Assembly: GCF_006345805.1 (NCBI RefSeq) | Contig: NC_042998.1 | Location: 206,770,001 to 206,834,000, forward strand | Length of the DNA stretch: 64,000 nucleotides | Origin: Octopus sinensis | Taxonomy: Eukaryota | Direction: 5' to 3' | In this document: in pieces, positions 45,632-59,467 of the stretch | Position numbering within the stretch: position 1 is the first letter of the stretch | Layout of the letters: each line of letters starts with the position of its first letter | Notes under the pieces: generated by a model | What the model saw: only the letters and a program-made list of their open reading frames with translations | Databases searched by the model: none | Told to the model about the DNA's origin: nothing | Translations under genes and position numbers: made by a program

Positions 45632-47885
45632 GATTGATTGATTGATTGATTGATTCCAGTTTTCAGCTCATGAGCTGTGGCCATGCTGGGGCACCGCCAT
45701 TTGGTGTTGCTACTTGGTTTCACTTCATGGAGGCTTCTAGCAACTGCTATTTGGTGCATGAGAGAGTTCGATGCAGCTGCCCTCATCTGCCCCTCCTGCC
45801 GTGAAGTTGGTTCATCTGGGACACCTGACAGGAAGAGATCCAGCTCCATTTTAAGACATCTGTATCCACCCCATTCAGGTCTCTCGGTTCATCGGGAGGA
45901 CATTGAAGAGCTGTGGCCTCGGAAAGCCTAGGCTATCACAGAATCTTGTCCTACATCTTGATGGCAAGTTTGGAGTCCTAGTCACCACGCAGTGGCGCCC
46001 AAGTTCTGGCGTTGCGTAACTCTCGATGCCAAAGTTCAGGACGCTTCCCCGGATCTCCAGATGTATATTATGGCATATCTTTCCCATTCCTTCCCGCCTA
46101 CGCTCCAGGAATATAATTTTAATCTCTTGAGTCTTTCCCAGTAGCTTACATTCTGCATAGAGGCTATCTTCTTCGTGTAGCTTTGTTGGATCGCCTCAAG
46201 TTCTGTGATCAACTTGACACTGGATGGTGACCATAGCTGAGAGCAATAGTCAAAGTGACTTAGGACAAGTGTCTTCCAGAGGACCATCATGGTTTCTTGT
46301 TCTCTTGTTCTAAAGGTTCTAAGAATCCATCCAGCCAGCGTCTCTGCATTTCACTGTCAGTTTAGCAACATGTACATGAAAGGTCGCGTCATCACTCATG
46401 TGAATACCCAGGTCACGCACTGATTGTGCCTCTGGGATTGCAATCCCTCCCGGTCCAGTGTATTCCTTGGGTATTGCATTCAGTTTTGCATGCTTATAGT
46501 ATAAAGCTTGAAACTTTTCAGCATTGAACTGCATGCTATTCTTTTCAGCCCACTTGTAAATTCGTCCAGCTCATATTGCAGGTGGCCTAGTGTCTTCAGG
46601 TTCTGTATTACCTGTGAAACTTTGTATCATCTGCATAACTTGTGATCGTGGCTCTCCGCGTGGCTGAGGGCATGTCTGAGAGGGCCATTTGAACAGTAGT
46701 GGTCCCAAAACAGTGCCCTGTGGAACACCGCTCACTATTTGCGTGCTAATGGAAGTGGCCCCATTGGCTACTACCACCGACTTCTATTCTTCAGAAAGTC
46801 GTGAAGCCATTCTCCTAGTTTCCAACTATGCCAAGATCACGCAGTTTTGTGACATATCATTCCATGATCGACTTTATCGAAGGCCTTTGCGAAGTCGAGA
46901 TATATGACTTCCACATTTGAGTGGTTGAGCATTGTTTTTTCAGCACCCAGTCATAGTGCTGCAGGAGCTGAGTTAAGCAGCTTCTTCCTGGTCGGAAACC
47001 AGTTGGGTGTCAGCAGCAAGTCATTTTCTTCAAGGAAGGTGATTAGTTTCCTTCTGACTATTCGTTCCATGACCTTGCTGATGTGTGAGGTCAGAGAGAT
47101 AGGTCTGTAGTTCTTGGCCTCCGCTCTGCTACCTCCTTTATGAATATGGGCTATTTTACCTTCCTTCAGTTTTCTTGGAAGTTTGCCAGCTGCAAGGAAG
47201 CTCTGAAAGAGGAACTGCAGTGGTCTTGCTAAGACTCTCTTACATACTTTTAGAGGATTGCCGGGAATCCATCGGGGCCAATAGCTGAGTCTATTTTCAT
47301 TTCATCTATAGCCTTTATTACATCATCTTCCTTTATATCGATGTAATTTAACGTCGCCGCCATCTGATTCTATATCTGCAGTGGTAAAAAGTCAGTTGGA
47401 TTGCTGATTTGGAAATGCCCAAGGGGTGGAGTGAAAACACTCTTGAATTGTTCATTCAGTATTTCACTTACCCTCATTGGTTTTCCTGTGATGTGCCATC
47501 CTTTTCAAGGAGTGGCCCTATCCTACAGTGCACCGTAGCTGTTTCTTGGCATACCTGTAGAAGCTCTGGGGTTAGTTTTTATGTTGTCTATAGCCCAGGC
47601 TTCTTTGTCTGCTCTTTCCTTCTCATGGGAGAGTTGCAGACATTTTCAATTTCCAACAGTTTTTATTTTCAGGCGGGACTTTTCACTGCTTTCAATTTGT
47701 TTGTTTAGGCGATTTGAGATTTTTGTGCGCCGTCTCATTAAAATTTTTCTCTCTCTGGGGATTTTTGTTCTTGTGTACAGTGGCCTTTCTCTCTGGGACA
47801 CATTTGTAGCATATGGCTTGCATTACAGACATGAATTGTTGAAGTATCATGTCGATGTCCGGCGAGGAGAGACATTCAGGCCAGT
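45632..47885 (-). mobile_element. 5'-truncated CR1/L2-group LINE, frameshifted RT
   Basis: SGVPQGTVLGPLLF, VRDLGIHMSDDATFHVHV, WKTLVLSHFDYCSQLWSP; 3' hairpin and (CAAT)n tail at 45632-45700. Confidence 0.9.
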
Positions 47886-47889
47886 TTTG

Positions 47890-47890
47890 T

Positions 47891-47921
<31 letters not shown>

Positions 47922-49437
47922 GTATATATATGTATATATATATATGTATATATATGTATATATATGTATATGTATATATATGTATATATATGTATATATA
48001 TATATATGTATATATATGTATATATATGTATATGTATATATATGTATATATATATGTATATGTATATATATGTATATATATATGTATATATATATATATT
48101 TAATATATGTATATATATATATGTATGTATATGTATATATATGTATATATATGTATATATATGTAATATATGTTATATATGTATATATATATATATGTAT
48201 ATATATGTATATATATATATGTATATGATATATATGTATATATGTATATTGTATATGTATAATATGTATATATATATATGTATATATTGTATATATATAT
48301 ATGTATGTATATTATATATGTATATATATATATGTATATAATATATATGTCTATATATATCTTATATATATATGTATATATATATATATGTATATATATA
48401 TATGTATATATATATATGTATATATATATATATGTATATCATATATATGTATATATATATATATGTATATATATATCTATGTATAATATATATATCTGTA
48501 TATATATATATGTATATATAATATATTATTTATATATATGTATAGGTATATATATATATGTATATATATGTCTATGTTATATCTATGTATATGTATAATA
48601 TGTATATATTTTGTATATTTTATATATGTATATATATATATGTATATATATATATGTATATAATATGTATATATGTAGTATATTATATGTAGTATCTGTA
48701 TATATATATGTATATATAGATGTATATATAATATGTATATATATATGTATATATATATATATGTATATATATATGTTATATATAATGTATTATATATATG
48801 TATATTATATATATGTATATATATATATATATATGTATATGTATATATAATGTATATGTATATATATATGTATATCTATTATGTATATATATTGTATATT
48901 ATATGTATATATATATGTGTATATATATGTATATATATATGTATATGTATATATATATGTATGTATGTATATTATTATATATATGTATGTATATGTATAT
49001 ATATATGTCTTGTATATGTATATATATATGTAGTATCTTGATAATAATATATGTATGTCTGATGTATATCTATAATATGATGTATGGTATATATATATGT
49101 ATGTATATGTATATTATTCTATGTATATGTATATGTATATAGCTATAGTATATGTTATATATATATGTATATGTATATGTATATATATATGTCTATGTAT
49201 ATATATATATGTATGTATGTATATGTATATTATATATGTATGTATGTATATGTATATATATATATATGTATGTATATGTAATATATTGTATGTATTGTTA
49301 TATTATATATATGTATGTATATGTATATATATATGTATGTATATGTATATATATATGTATGTATATGTATATATATATATGTATGTATGTATATATTATA
49401 ATATGTTGTATATGTTATATCATATATAATGTATGTA
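47890..49437. repeat. Degenerate (TA)n/(TATG)n array, ~1.5 kb
   Basis: Direct reading; lies between two CR1-like LINEs. Confidence 0.95.
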
Positions 49438-52400
49438 TAAATCCTTAAATCCTTAAAAATGTTTTAGCCCGGAGGCCGCGGCCATGCTGGGGCACCACCG
49501 CTGAATGAGCCACCTAGTTTGTGAATCCACCTCTGATGACGTGGCACTTGATCAACAAGGAGTTCGATGCTGCTGCCCGCATCCGTGTCTCCTGTCGTGA
49601 GGTAGGTCATCTGGGACTCCCAACAAGAAAGATCCAGTTTAGTTTTAAAGAAACCCACATCCACACCATGTAAGTCTCTCAGGCATTTAGGGAGGATGTT
49701 GAAAAGCTGTGGTCCTCTGAAACCCAAGCTGTTGCAGTATCTGGACCTGTATTTTGATGGTGATGTTGGAATCCTTGGCACCACGCAGCGGCGCGCCCCG
49801 TTCTGCGGTTGGAGTAACTTTGAATGCCAAAGTTTGGGACAAGACCCTCCAGGATTTTCCAGATGTATATTACTGCATATCTCTCCCGCCTCCGCTCCAG
49901 GGAGAAGAGGTTTAATACCTTCAGTCTTTCCAGTAGCTGACATTTTGCATTGAGACGATTTCTTTGTGTAGCTTCTCTGAGTTGCTTCGAGTTCTGCTGT
50001 TTGTTTATATTGTGTGGTGACCAAAGTTGGGAGCAGTAGTCCAAGCGGCTGAGGACAAATGTTTTCCATAGGACCATCAGTGTCTCCTTCTCTCTTGTTC
50101 TGAAAGTTCGGAGAATCCATCCAGCTAGCCGTCTGCATTTTATCACCAGATTAGCAATATGCATTTGGAAAGATGCATCATTGCTCATGTCAATGCCCAG
50201 GTCACGCACTGATTTTGACTCAGGGATGCAATCTTCCTGGGCAGTGTATCCAGTCTTCACGTCATTTACCTTTGTGTGCCAGTAGCGCAGGGCCTGGAAC
50301 TTACCTGCATTAACTGCATGTTGTTGTCCTCAGCCCACCTGTATATTGTGTCCAGCTCATGTTGCAGATGCGCAATATTTTCAGGGTTCTGTATTGCGTG
50401 GGAGACCTTTGTGTCATCTGCATAGCTAGCAAGGGTGGTCATCGTAGCAACTGAAGGCATGTCTGAAAGGGCCACTATGAACATCAGTGGCCCAAGACAG
50501 TGCCCTGTGGACACGCTTGTTATTGCGTTTCCCTGGAGTGGCTCCATTGCTCACAACTGCCTGTTTTCTGTCTTTTAGGAAGTTGTGCAGCCACTCTCCA
50601 AGTTTCCCGCCTATGCCGAGACCACGCAGTTTGTGACATATCATACCATGGTCGACTTTAAAAGGCTTTTGCAAAGTCAAGATATATTACATCCACATTT
50701 GAGCCATTTAGTAGCTGTTTCAACACCCCAGTCATAGTGTTGCAGGAGCTGTGTTAGGCAGCCTCTACCTGGTCGAAATCCATGCTGGGTGTCAACAGTA
50801 AGTCATTTCTTCAAGGAACATGATTAGTTTCTTACGGACTATTCGTTCCATGACTTTGCTGATGTGTGAGGTCAGAGAGATAGGCCTATAATTTTTAGCA
50901 TCTGCTCTGCTACCTCCCTATGGATAGGGCATATTACCCCCTCTTTCAGTTTGACTGGGAGCTTACCACTTGCAAGAAAGCTCTGAAAAAGAAGCTGTAG
51001 CGTTTTGCAAGGGCTCGTTTGCACGATTTGAGAAGGATCGCTGGGAATCCATCAGGTCCAGCAGCTGAGTTTGTGTCAATCTCATCAATGGCTAGTGTGA
51101 TATCATCTTCTTCGATGTTGATGTACTCAATTTTTGTCTCTTTGGCCGCTGGTAAAGTGGCAAAGAATTCTTCTGGGTTTTTACTTGCCTGTGTCCTAGT
51201 GTAGTGAACACACTTTGGAACTGTTCGTTCAGTATTTCACTTATCCTCGTGGGATTTCCTGTGAGAGAGCCATCTTTTTGGAAGAGAGGTCCTATTCTCT
51301 GGTGCACTGTGGCTGTCTCTTTGGCAACTTAAAGAAAGCTTTAGGGTTTGATTTTATATTTTCTATTACCCAAGCTTCTTTATCTGCTCTCCTCTTTTCA
51401 TGGGACTGATGTAGACTTTCTCAGTTTCCATTAGCATTCTTTCGAGCCGAGACTTCTCACCACTTTTGGTGTGCTTGCTCAGGCGGTTTGCAATCCTTGT
51501 CCGTCGTCTCATAAGAATCCTCCTTTCTCTAGGGATCCTGTTTTTATTCTTGTGTGTGCTGGCCCTGCACATGGGACATATTTGTCACATATGGCTTGTA
51601 TTATGGACATGAAGTGTTTGTGTTTCATGTTTATGTCCGGTGTGGAGAGACATTCAGGCCAATCCTGTTTGAGGATCTCTTTCTCAATCGACTTCCAGTT
51701 GGCTTTATGAAGTTTAAGTTGGAGAGATGGTGGGGTGCTTCGTATAGGCTGTGTGTCTGCGGGGGCTTTTGTTCCATACATAGACAGCTCTATTATGTTG
51801 TGATCCGAGATCATTGTCGGCATCACATTAACATTATGGATAATATCCATATTGTTTGTAAAGCAGAGATCCAGTATATTATCTGCCCTTGTTGTTGCAG
51901 AACTATTTGCTCCATGAAAAGAGGTATTTGTGAGATGGAGCAGGGACTCCACCTGTGCCTGCTGATGGTGTGGTCATCCCTGGGAGCATCTGCCCCCCAG
52001 GCCATCCACATTGGGGAGGTTAAAGTCTCCCATGAAGAATACACTGTTGTGCTGTTCAAGGTTGGTGAGGACTTCTCCTATTTTGTTAGGCAGTCTTCAA
52101 ACATGCCTGAGTGTTTTGGGGCGTCTGGTGGGCGATATGTAGTGCATATGACGATATTCATTGTCTTATGTGTACAATTTGAGTTTCACATACTGAGTTT
52201 GAATGACAGCAGGACCTGGGGCGTGAGGTCATCTCGGATGTACATTGCAACTCCACCATGGCTCCTCCCTTTTCTATCTGTGCGTATGACTGCATATGGC
52301 GGCATGTGTATTTCTGCATCACCTATATCGGGTTCAAGATGCGTTTCTGTGAGTGCCATGCATATAGCTTGATTGCATGTCACAAGGTCTCTCAGGAATG

Positions 52401-53025
52401 AAATTTTCTTTTTACAGTTTCCGCGCAGCAGCCCTCCTACATTCAGTAGAAATTTTTTGTGTGTTGTGTGTGTTGGTGTTGGTGTCTGTGGTTCCATCCT
52501 GCATCTGTTGGAGGTGGCCTTATGTGGTGGGAGTTCCAGCTTTGTGCTTGTAGCCAGGTCAGCTGCTGAACAATTTTTTGTGCCATGCACAAAAAAGACT
52601 GCTGTTCAGCTGGCGCCCTTCTCACACTCTGGGTGAAGCTGGCCACCTGTTGGGTTTCCGCGCACCACATCTGCATACCGTCTTTCAGTAGTGGTCAGTG
52701 CGCTTTTTTCCCTTCTTTTAACTTTTTGTTTTTGTTCTCCCTGAGGGAGGGACCTCTGTCTCGCGTCGTGCGTTTTGGTAGGGCTCCGATGTGCAAAGCG
52801 ACAGTTTGCACCTTCAACGCCGTACCAGCAGTCCCCCCTCAGGTAGAATTTGCAGGTGTTCTTTCCCTGCCCTTACAGTTTTTGCTGGGGTCCCTCTGCT
52901 TTCTCTGGACAGGGCTTCCTTTAGCCTTGATTCTGTCACCCTTTTACCTCCTGCTTCCCATCAATTCCAGGGTGCCTTTCTTTCTTGCGGCACCCTTCCT
53001 TTCTTGCGGCACTTCTTCCTTTCTT
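49438..53025 (-). mobile_element. Near full-length CR1/L2-group LINE: CCCH zinc finger, APE endonuclease, RT; frameshifted
   Basis: [22 protein letters not shown] (52789-52854); LNVGGL...ALTETHL...RTDRKGRSHGGVAMYI; NILDLCFTN...SDHNII; SYADDTKV; FVLSRLDYCSQLWSP; (AAGGATTT) tail. Confidence 0.9.
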
Positions 53026-53029
53026 GCGG

Positions 53030-55005
53030 ATATGTATATATATATATATGTATGTATATGTATATATATGTATGTATATGTATATATATATATATTGATG
53101 TATATGTATATATATAATATATATTGTATGTATATATATATTATATGTATGTATATGTATATATATATAATGTATGTATATGTATATATATATGTATGTA
53201 TATATATATATGTATGTATATATATATATGTATGTATATGTATATATGATATATATTTGTATATGTATATATATATATATGTATTATATGTATATAATAT
53301 ATAGGTATGTATGTAATATATATATATGTATGTATATGTATATATATAATATATTATGTATATGTATATTATATATATGTATGTATATGTATATGTATAA
53401 TATATATATGTATGTATATATATATATATATGTATGTATATATATATATATGTATATATATAATATTATGTATGTATATATATATATATGTGTATATATA
53501 TAATGTATGTATATGTATATATATAATATGTATGTATATTATATATATATGTATGTATATATATCTATATGTAGTATATGTATATATATCTATATGTAAT
53601 ATGTATATATATATATGTATGTATGTATATATATATATGTATGTATTATATATATATATAGTATGTATATGTTATAATATCTATATGTATGTATATGTAT
53701 AATATATATATATGTATGTATATGTATAGTATATATGTATGTCTATGTATATATATATATATGTATGATAATGTATATATATATATATATATGATGTATA
53801 TGTATTATATATATATCTATATTAGGTATATGTATATATATAATATATGTAGTGTATATGTATATATATATATGTATGTAATATATATATGTATGTATAT
53901 GTATATATATATATATGTATGTATATGTATATATGTATGTATATATATATGTATGTATATGTATATATATATGTTGTATATGTATATATATATATCATGT
54001 ATGTATATGTATATATGTATGTATATATATATGTATGTATGTATAATATTATGTATGTTGTATATGTATATATATGTATGTATGTATATGTATATATATG
54101 TATGTATGTATATGTATATATATGTATTATGTATATGTATATATATGTTGTATGTATATGTATATATAGTATATGTATGTATATGTATATATATGTAGTA
54201 TGTATATATATGTATGTATATATGTATTATATATTATATTTGTAATATATATATATGTATGTATGTATATATTATATATATATGTATGTATATATATATA
54301 TAATGTATGTATAGATATATATATGTTGTATAATATTGTATATATATATGTAGGTATATATATATATATTTATGTATAATATATATGTATGTATAATATA
54401 ATATATGTATGTATATATATATATATGTATGTATGTATAATATATCTTGTATGTATAATATATATATATATGTATGTTATATATATTAGTATGTAATATA
54501 TATATATGTATGTATATATAATATATATGTATATATATATTATATATGTATATAATATATATATATATGTATGTATATATATATATATATGTTGTATATA
54601 TATATATATATGTATATAATATATATGTATGTTATATATATTATATATGTCTTATATATATAATCTATTATGTATATAATATATATGTATGTTTATATAT
54701 ATATGTAGTATATATATATAATATGTATGTATATATATATATATATACTTCATGTATATATATATATTATGTATAATATAATATATGTATGTTAAGGTAT
54801 ATATATATGTATGTATATTTATATATGTATGTATATATATATATGTGTATGTATATATTATATGTGTTGTATGTATATATATGTGTATGTATATATATAT
54901 GTTTATGTATATATCTAATGTATGTATATATATATATGTTTATGTATATATATATATGTGTATGTATATATATATATGTGTATGTATATATGTATATGTA
55001 TATAT

Positions 55006-55037
<32 letters not shown>

Positions 55038-55616
55038 GGTGTAATGTATATTATGTATATTATATATATATAATTGTATGTATATATGTATATATATATG
55101 TATGTATATATATATATATGTATGTATATATATATATATATTATGTATATATATATATATGTATGTATATATTATATATGTATGTATATATATATATATG
55201 TATTGTATATATATATATGTATATTATATGTATGTATATATTATATGTATGTATATATATATATATGTATGTATATATTATAGATGTATGTATATATATA
55301 TCTGTATGTTATATAATATTATGTATGTATATATATATATATGTATGTATGTGTATATATTATATTTATGTATGTGTATATATATATATGTATGTATTGT
55401 GTATATATATATATGTATGTATGTGTATATATATATATTATGTATGTATAGATATATATATATATGTATGTATATGTATATATATATATATATGTATATT
55501 ATATATATATATGTATGTATATGTATATATATTATGTATGTATTTATATATATATATATGTATGTATATGTATATATATATATGTATGTATATGTATATA
55601 TTATATGTATGTATTA

Positions 55617-55648
<32 letters not shown>

Positions 55649-55649
55649 G

Positions 55650-55681
<32 letters not shown>

Positions 55682-56840
55682 TATGTATGTATATATATAT
55701 ATAATATGTATGTATATATATATATATATTGTATGTATATGTATATGTACGTATATATATATATGTATGTATATATATATGTATGTATATGTGTATGTAT
55801 GTATGTGTATGTATGTATGTATGTATGTATGTATGTATGTATGTATGTATGTATGTATGTATGTATGTACGTATGTATGTGTGTGTGTATTTGTGTGGGT
55901 ATGTGTGGTGTGTGTATGTATGTGTGTGAGTGTGTGTGTGTCTGTATGTATGTGTGTGTGTGTGTATGTATGTGTGTGTATGTGTGTGTGTCTGTGTCTG
56001 TGTATGTGTATGTGTATGTCTGTGTGTGTGTATGTGTGTGTGTATGTGTGTGTGTGTGTGTATGTGTGTGTGTTTGTGTATGTGTGTGCGTGTGTGTGTA
56101 TGTATGTGTGTGTGTGTATCTATGTATGTGTGTGTGTGTATGTCTGTGTGTGTGCGTGCGTGTATGTGTGCCTGTGTGTGTGTGTGTGTGTGTATGTGTG
56201 TGTGTGGTATGTGTGTTGTATGTGTGTGCGTGTGTGTGTATGTCTGTGTGTGTGTGGTGCGTGTATGTGTGCCTGTGTGTATGTGTGTGTGTGTGTTGTG
56301 TATGTATGTGTATGTGTGTGTGTATGTATGTGTGTGCGTATGTGTGTGCGTGTGTGTGTGTGTGTGTGTATGTCCTGTGTGTGTGTATTTTTGTGTTGTA
56401 TGTGTCTGTGTGGGTGTATGTCTGTGTGTGTGTGTGTGTGTATGTCTGTATGTTGTATGTATGTGTGTGTGTCTTGGTGTGTGTGTATGTGTGTGTGTGT
56501 CTGTGTGTGTGTATGTGTCTGTATGTGTGTGTATGTTTGTGTGTGTATGTATGTGTATGTATGCGTGTGTGTATGTTTGTGTGTGTGTATGTATGTACGT
56601 GTATCTGTTTATGTATGTGTGTATGTATATATGTGTGTGTATGTGTGTGAATGTATGTGTGTGTATGTGTCTGTGTATATGTGTGTGTACATGTGTGCGT
56701 GTATGTGTGTGTGCATGCATGTGTGTGTGTGTATATATGTGTGGTGTGTGTGTGTATGTGTGCGTGTCTGTGTATATGTATGTATATATATATGTATGTA
56801 TATATATATGTATGTATATACATGTATATAATATATATAC

Positions 56841-56879
<39 letters not shown>

Positions 56880-56945
56880 AAGATTTTTTGATTAATTGTG
56901 AATCATTTCATACTTACTGTTATAAAGCACTTAATCTTCAATACA

Positions 56946-56976
<31 letters not shown>

Positions 56977-57005
56977 TATATATATTATATTATATATATA
57001 TATAT
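53030..57005. repeat. ~4-kb compound array: TA/TATG-rich, TG-rich core (~55790-56770), then TA again
   Basis: Direct reading. Confidence 0.95.
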
Positions 57006-57007
57006 AA

Positions 57008-57421
57008 CAATTTAGGAATGGCCTGAACAGGCCATTCGTCACCAGAAAGAGGCAGCCATAACTCCAACCGCCAAGTAGTGTAATTCGGAAATAAGGTGAA
57101 ATTTAAAAACATTTACCCTAATTCATCTTTTATACGATGCATCGTTTCGGTGTCTTTAATGATAGGCCAGCTTATTAAATTAATTAAGCTGGTCTACCAT
57201 AGGTCACACTTCATCAGTAAAAGAAACCTGGAGAGACGGATATACACGAGGCTACTGTATCAATGCCTCGGGAATATCTGTCTTAAAATTTTCAAGACCA
57301 ACGCATTCGCGCCAAACTTATCGGCAGCAAATATAAACTGCCGATTCAATCTCAGAATTAGTCAAAAATTATCAATTAATCAATTTAGGGTAGCAATTTA
57401 GGTTGCTACCCTAAATTGATT
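57008..57421. mobile_element. Penelope-like pLTR / retrozyme-like element between (TA)n tracts
   Basis: Carries the 57127-57223 hammerhead, ends in a 19-bp inverted repeat (57378-57396 / 57403-57421), flanked by (TA)n on both sides, no ORF. Confidence 0.55.
57127..57223 (-). ncRNA. Type-I hammerhead ribozyme motif, canonical core, long stem II
   Basis: Minus strand CUUUUA-CUGAUGA-A-GUGU[...]ACAC-C-GAA-A-CGAUGCAUCG-U-A^UAAAAG; stem I 6 bp perfect, palindromic stem III, GUA cleavage triplet. Confidence 0.8.
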
Positions 57422-59290
57422 ATTATATATATATATTATATATATATATATATATATGCAATTGTATGTATATATGTTTTTTTTTTTTCAATATATATGT
57501 GTATATATATATATATATGTCAAAGGAGTACAAAAAATATGACAAGAACACAAAACATCCAGACAGACAATACAAAAAAGGGAGAAGAAAAAATAAAAAC
57601 AGGCCATTCGGAGTTTTCTTTTCTCAGTCAAGTTCCAGATTATCTTTGCAATTTCAGCTGGTTATACTCGAGATTGCTCCAATCTGGCCAGCCCCAAGGA
57701 AAAACTAAGCTAAGAGCACTAGATACCTTGGAAGAAAGCAGCGAATGTATATACGAAAACAAGGACAGAAAAGAAACGAGAAATTGTACCCAAATGCAAA
57801 TAAAGAACATTGACAACAGATGTCTTTCGACTAAGGATAAATTAAATTAAGCTGGCATGTGTGGAATTGAAGCCTTACAGCAGGGACATCAGAGATGACA
57901 GGCATAGGGAGGAATATAGATGTTGCAGAGATAGTACTCGAACCAAGAAAGAAAGGTCAGGCTTGGCCGAACACTGGTCACGTGGGGAGAGAAGAGAGAG
58001 AAGTAGAGACAGAATTATGGAGGGGCGAAAAAAAATGAAAGAGACAAAGTAAAAGAGGAAGGTAGGCCAAGAAATGTGAGAGAAGGGGTACGAAAGAACG
58101 AAGTAAATGTGAAGGGGCTGATAGACAGACACACAGACGTATGCGTGTGTTTGACCCCCTCCTACTTGACAGTTGGTGTTGGTTTGTTTACATTCCTGTA
58201 CCATAGCAATTTAGTAAAAGACAATATAATAACTTCCAAGTTTTCATAAAGAAGTACTAGGGTTGATTTGTTCAACTAATCCTTCAAGATGGGCCCCAGC
58301 ATGGCCACTACCCAATGGTTGAAACAAGTAAATGATAAAAGATATCACCTGTGTTTATACAATTCCCTTATAGTTGGGTGGTGCTGTGGTAAGTAGATAC
58401 CCTCCTCAAACTAGTACCCATTGCTAAATCTATTTTATGCATGTACATTAAAAACGGCAGGGGGCATTGAATCGCTACAAGGAGGGCATTAACCCTTTAT
58501 CATTTAAACTGGCCATATCCAGCCCAAATATTCCACCTGTTCTACCTTAAAACTGACCAGATCCCACCTCTCATACCTACCCTACAAAATAATGCATGAT
58601 TAATTCAAAACAAGGTGAATAAACAGGTAATACATTTGACAAAGAAAGTGTTAGCAAAAAGAGAAGCACTGTTCTGTAATCTGCTAGAAATAACAGCCAA
58701 AAGGTCATGGCGGGAATACTTTTGAACATAAGTTAGCTGAATTCAACATTGATTTGAGACCAAAGGCACTTTTTTCTGAATTTCATATAATAGTGATCCA
58801 GTGTTAGAACATATTCTCAAGATATAAAAGGGTGGATGATAGGGGTATGGAGACGGAGGAACAGGTGAGGGAGAGGCATATCATCATCATTGTTTAATGC
58901 CCATTTTCCATGCTGGCAGGCATGGGTTGAGCAGTTTGACTGAGGGCTGGCAAGCCAAGAGGCCGCACCAGGTTCCAATCTGATCTGGCAATGTTTCTAC
59001 AGCTGGATGCCCTTCCTAATGCCAACCACTCCGTGAGTGTAGTGGGTGCTTTTTACGTGCCACCGACACAGGTGCCAGACGAGTCTGGCAAACGGCCACG
59101 AACGGATGGTGCTTTTTATGTGCCACCGGCACATCAATGATGATGATGATATATATATATGATGATGATGATATATATGTGTGTACACACACAATCTACT
59201 TTCTCAGACAAAAACCTGATTTTTCTTTTGTTTGTTTTTTTTTTATATTTATTTATTTTTCTTAATTCCTTTTTGTTTTTCTCTTTGCAG

Positions 59291-59467
59291 GTTCTTCTCT
59301 TTTACAAGTACCAAAAAACGTACCCCAACCCCTAGCCCTCTCATGAAACGTAGAGGTAGCACCTCAAGTGACCACTCCGAAATGGGTCTCGGAGCTCCTG
59401 GCGCTCCGTGTCATTCCTATAGTACTGGAAACCTAAAGGATATCGGAAATAACACAGCTGCATACAA
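59291..59467 (+). CDS. Probable isolated coding exon of an unidentified multi-exon gene (FFSFTSTKKRTPTPSPLMKRRGSTSSDHSE...NNTAAY)
   Basis: Strong acceptor TTTTTGTTTTTCTCTTTGCAG, 177-nt open GC-richer non-repetitive segment, then AA|GTAACT donor (phase 2/2) or in-frame TAA at 59469-59471. Confidence 0.6.

Noticed and set aside
45122-57007. Many long ORFs (up to 621 aa) of Y/I/M/C/V or H/T residues
   Set aside because: Translations of TA/TG microsatellites that lack stop codons; not genes
57640-57700. Minus-strand GGCTGG...CCAGCT-GAAATTGC stem followed by GAAA
   Set aside because: No recognisable core or UH site; probably a decayed pLTR
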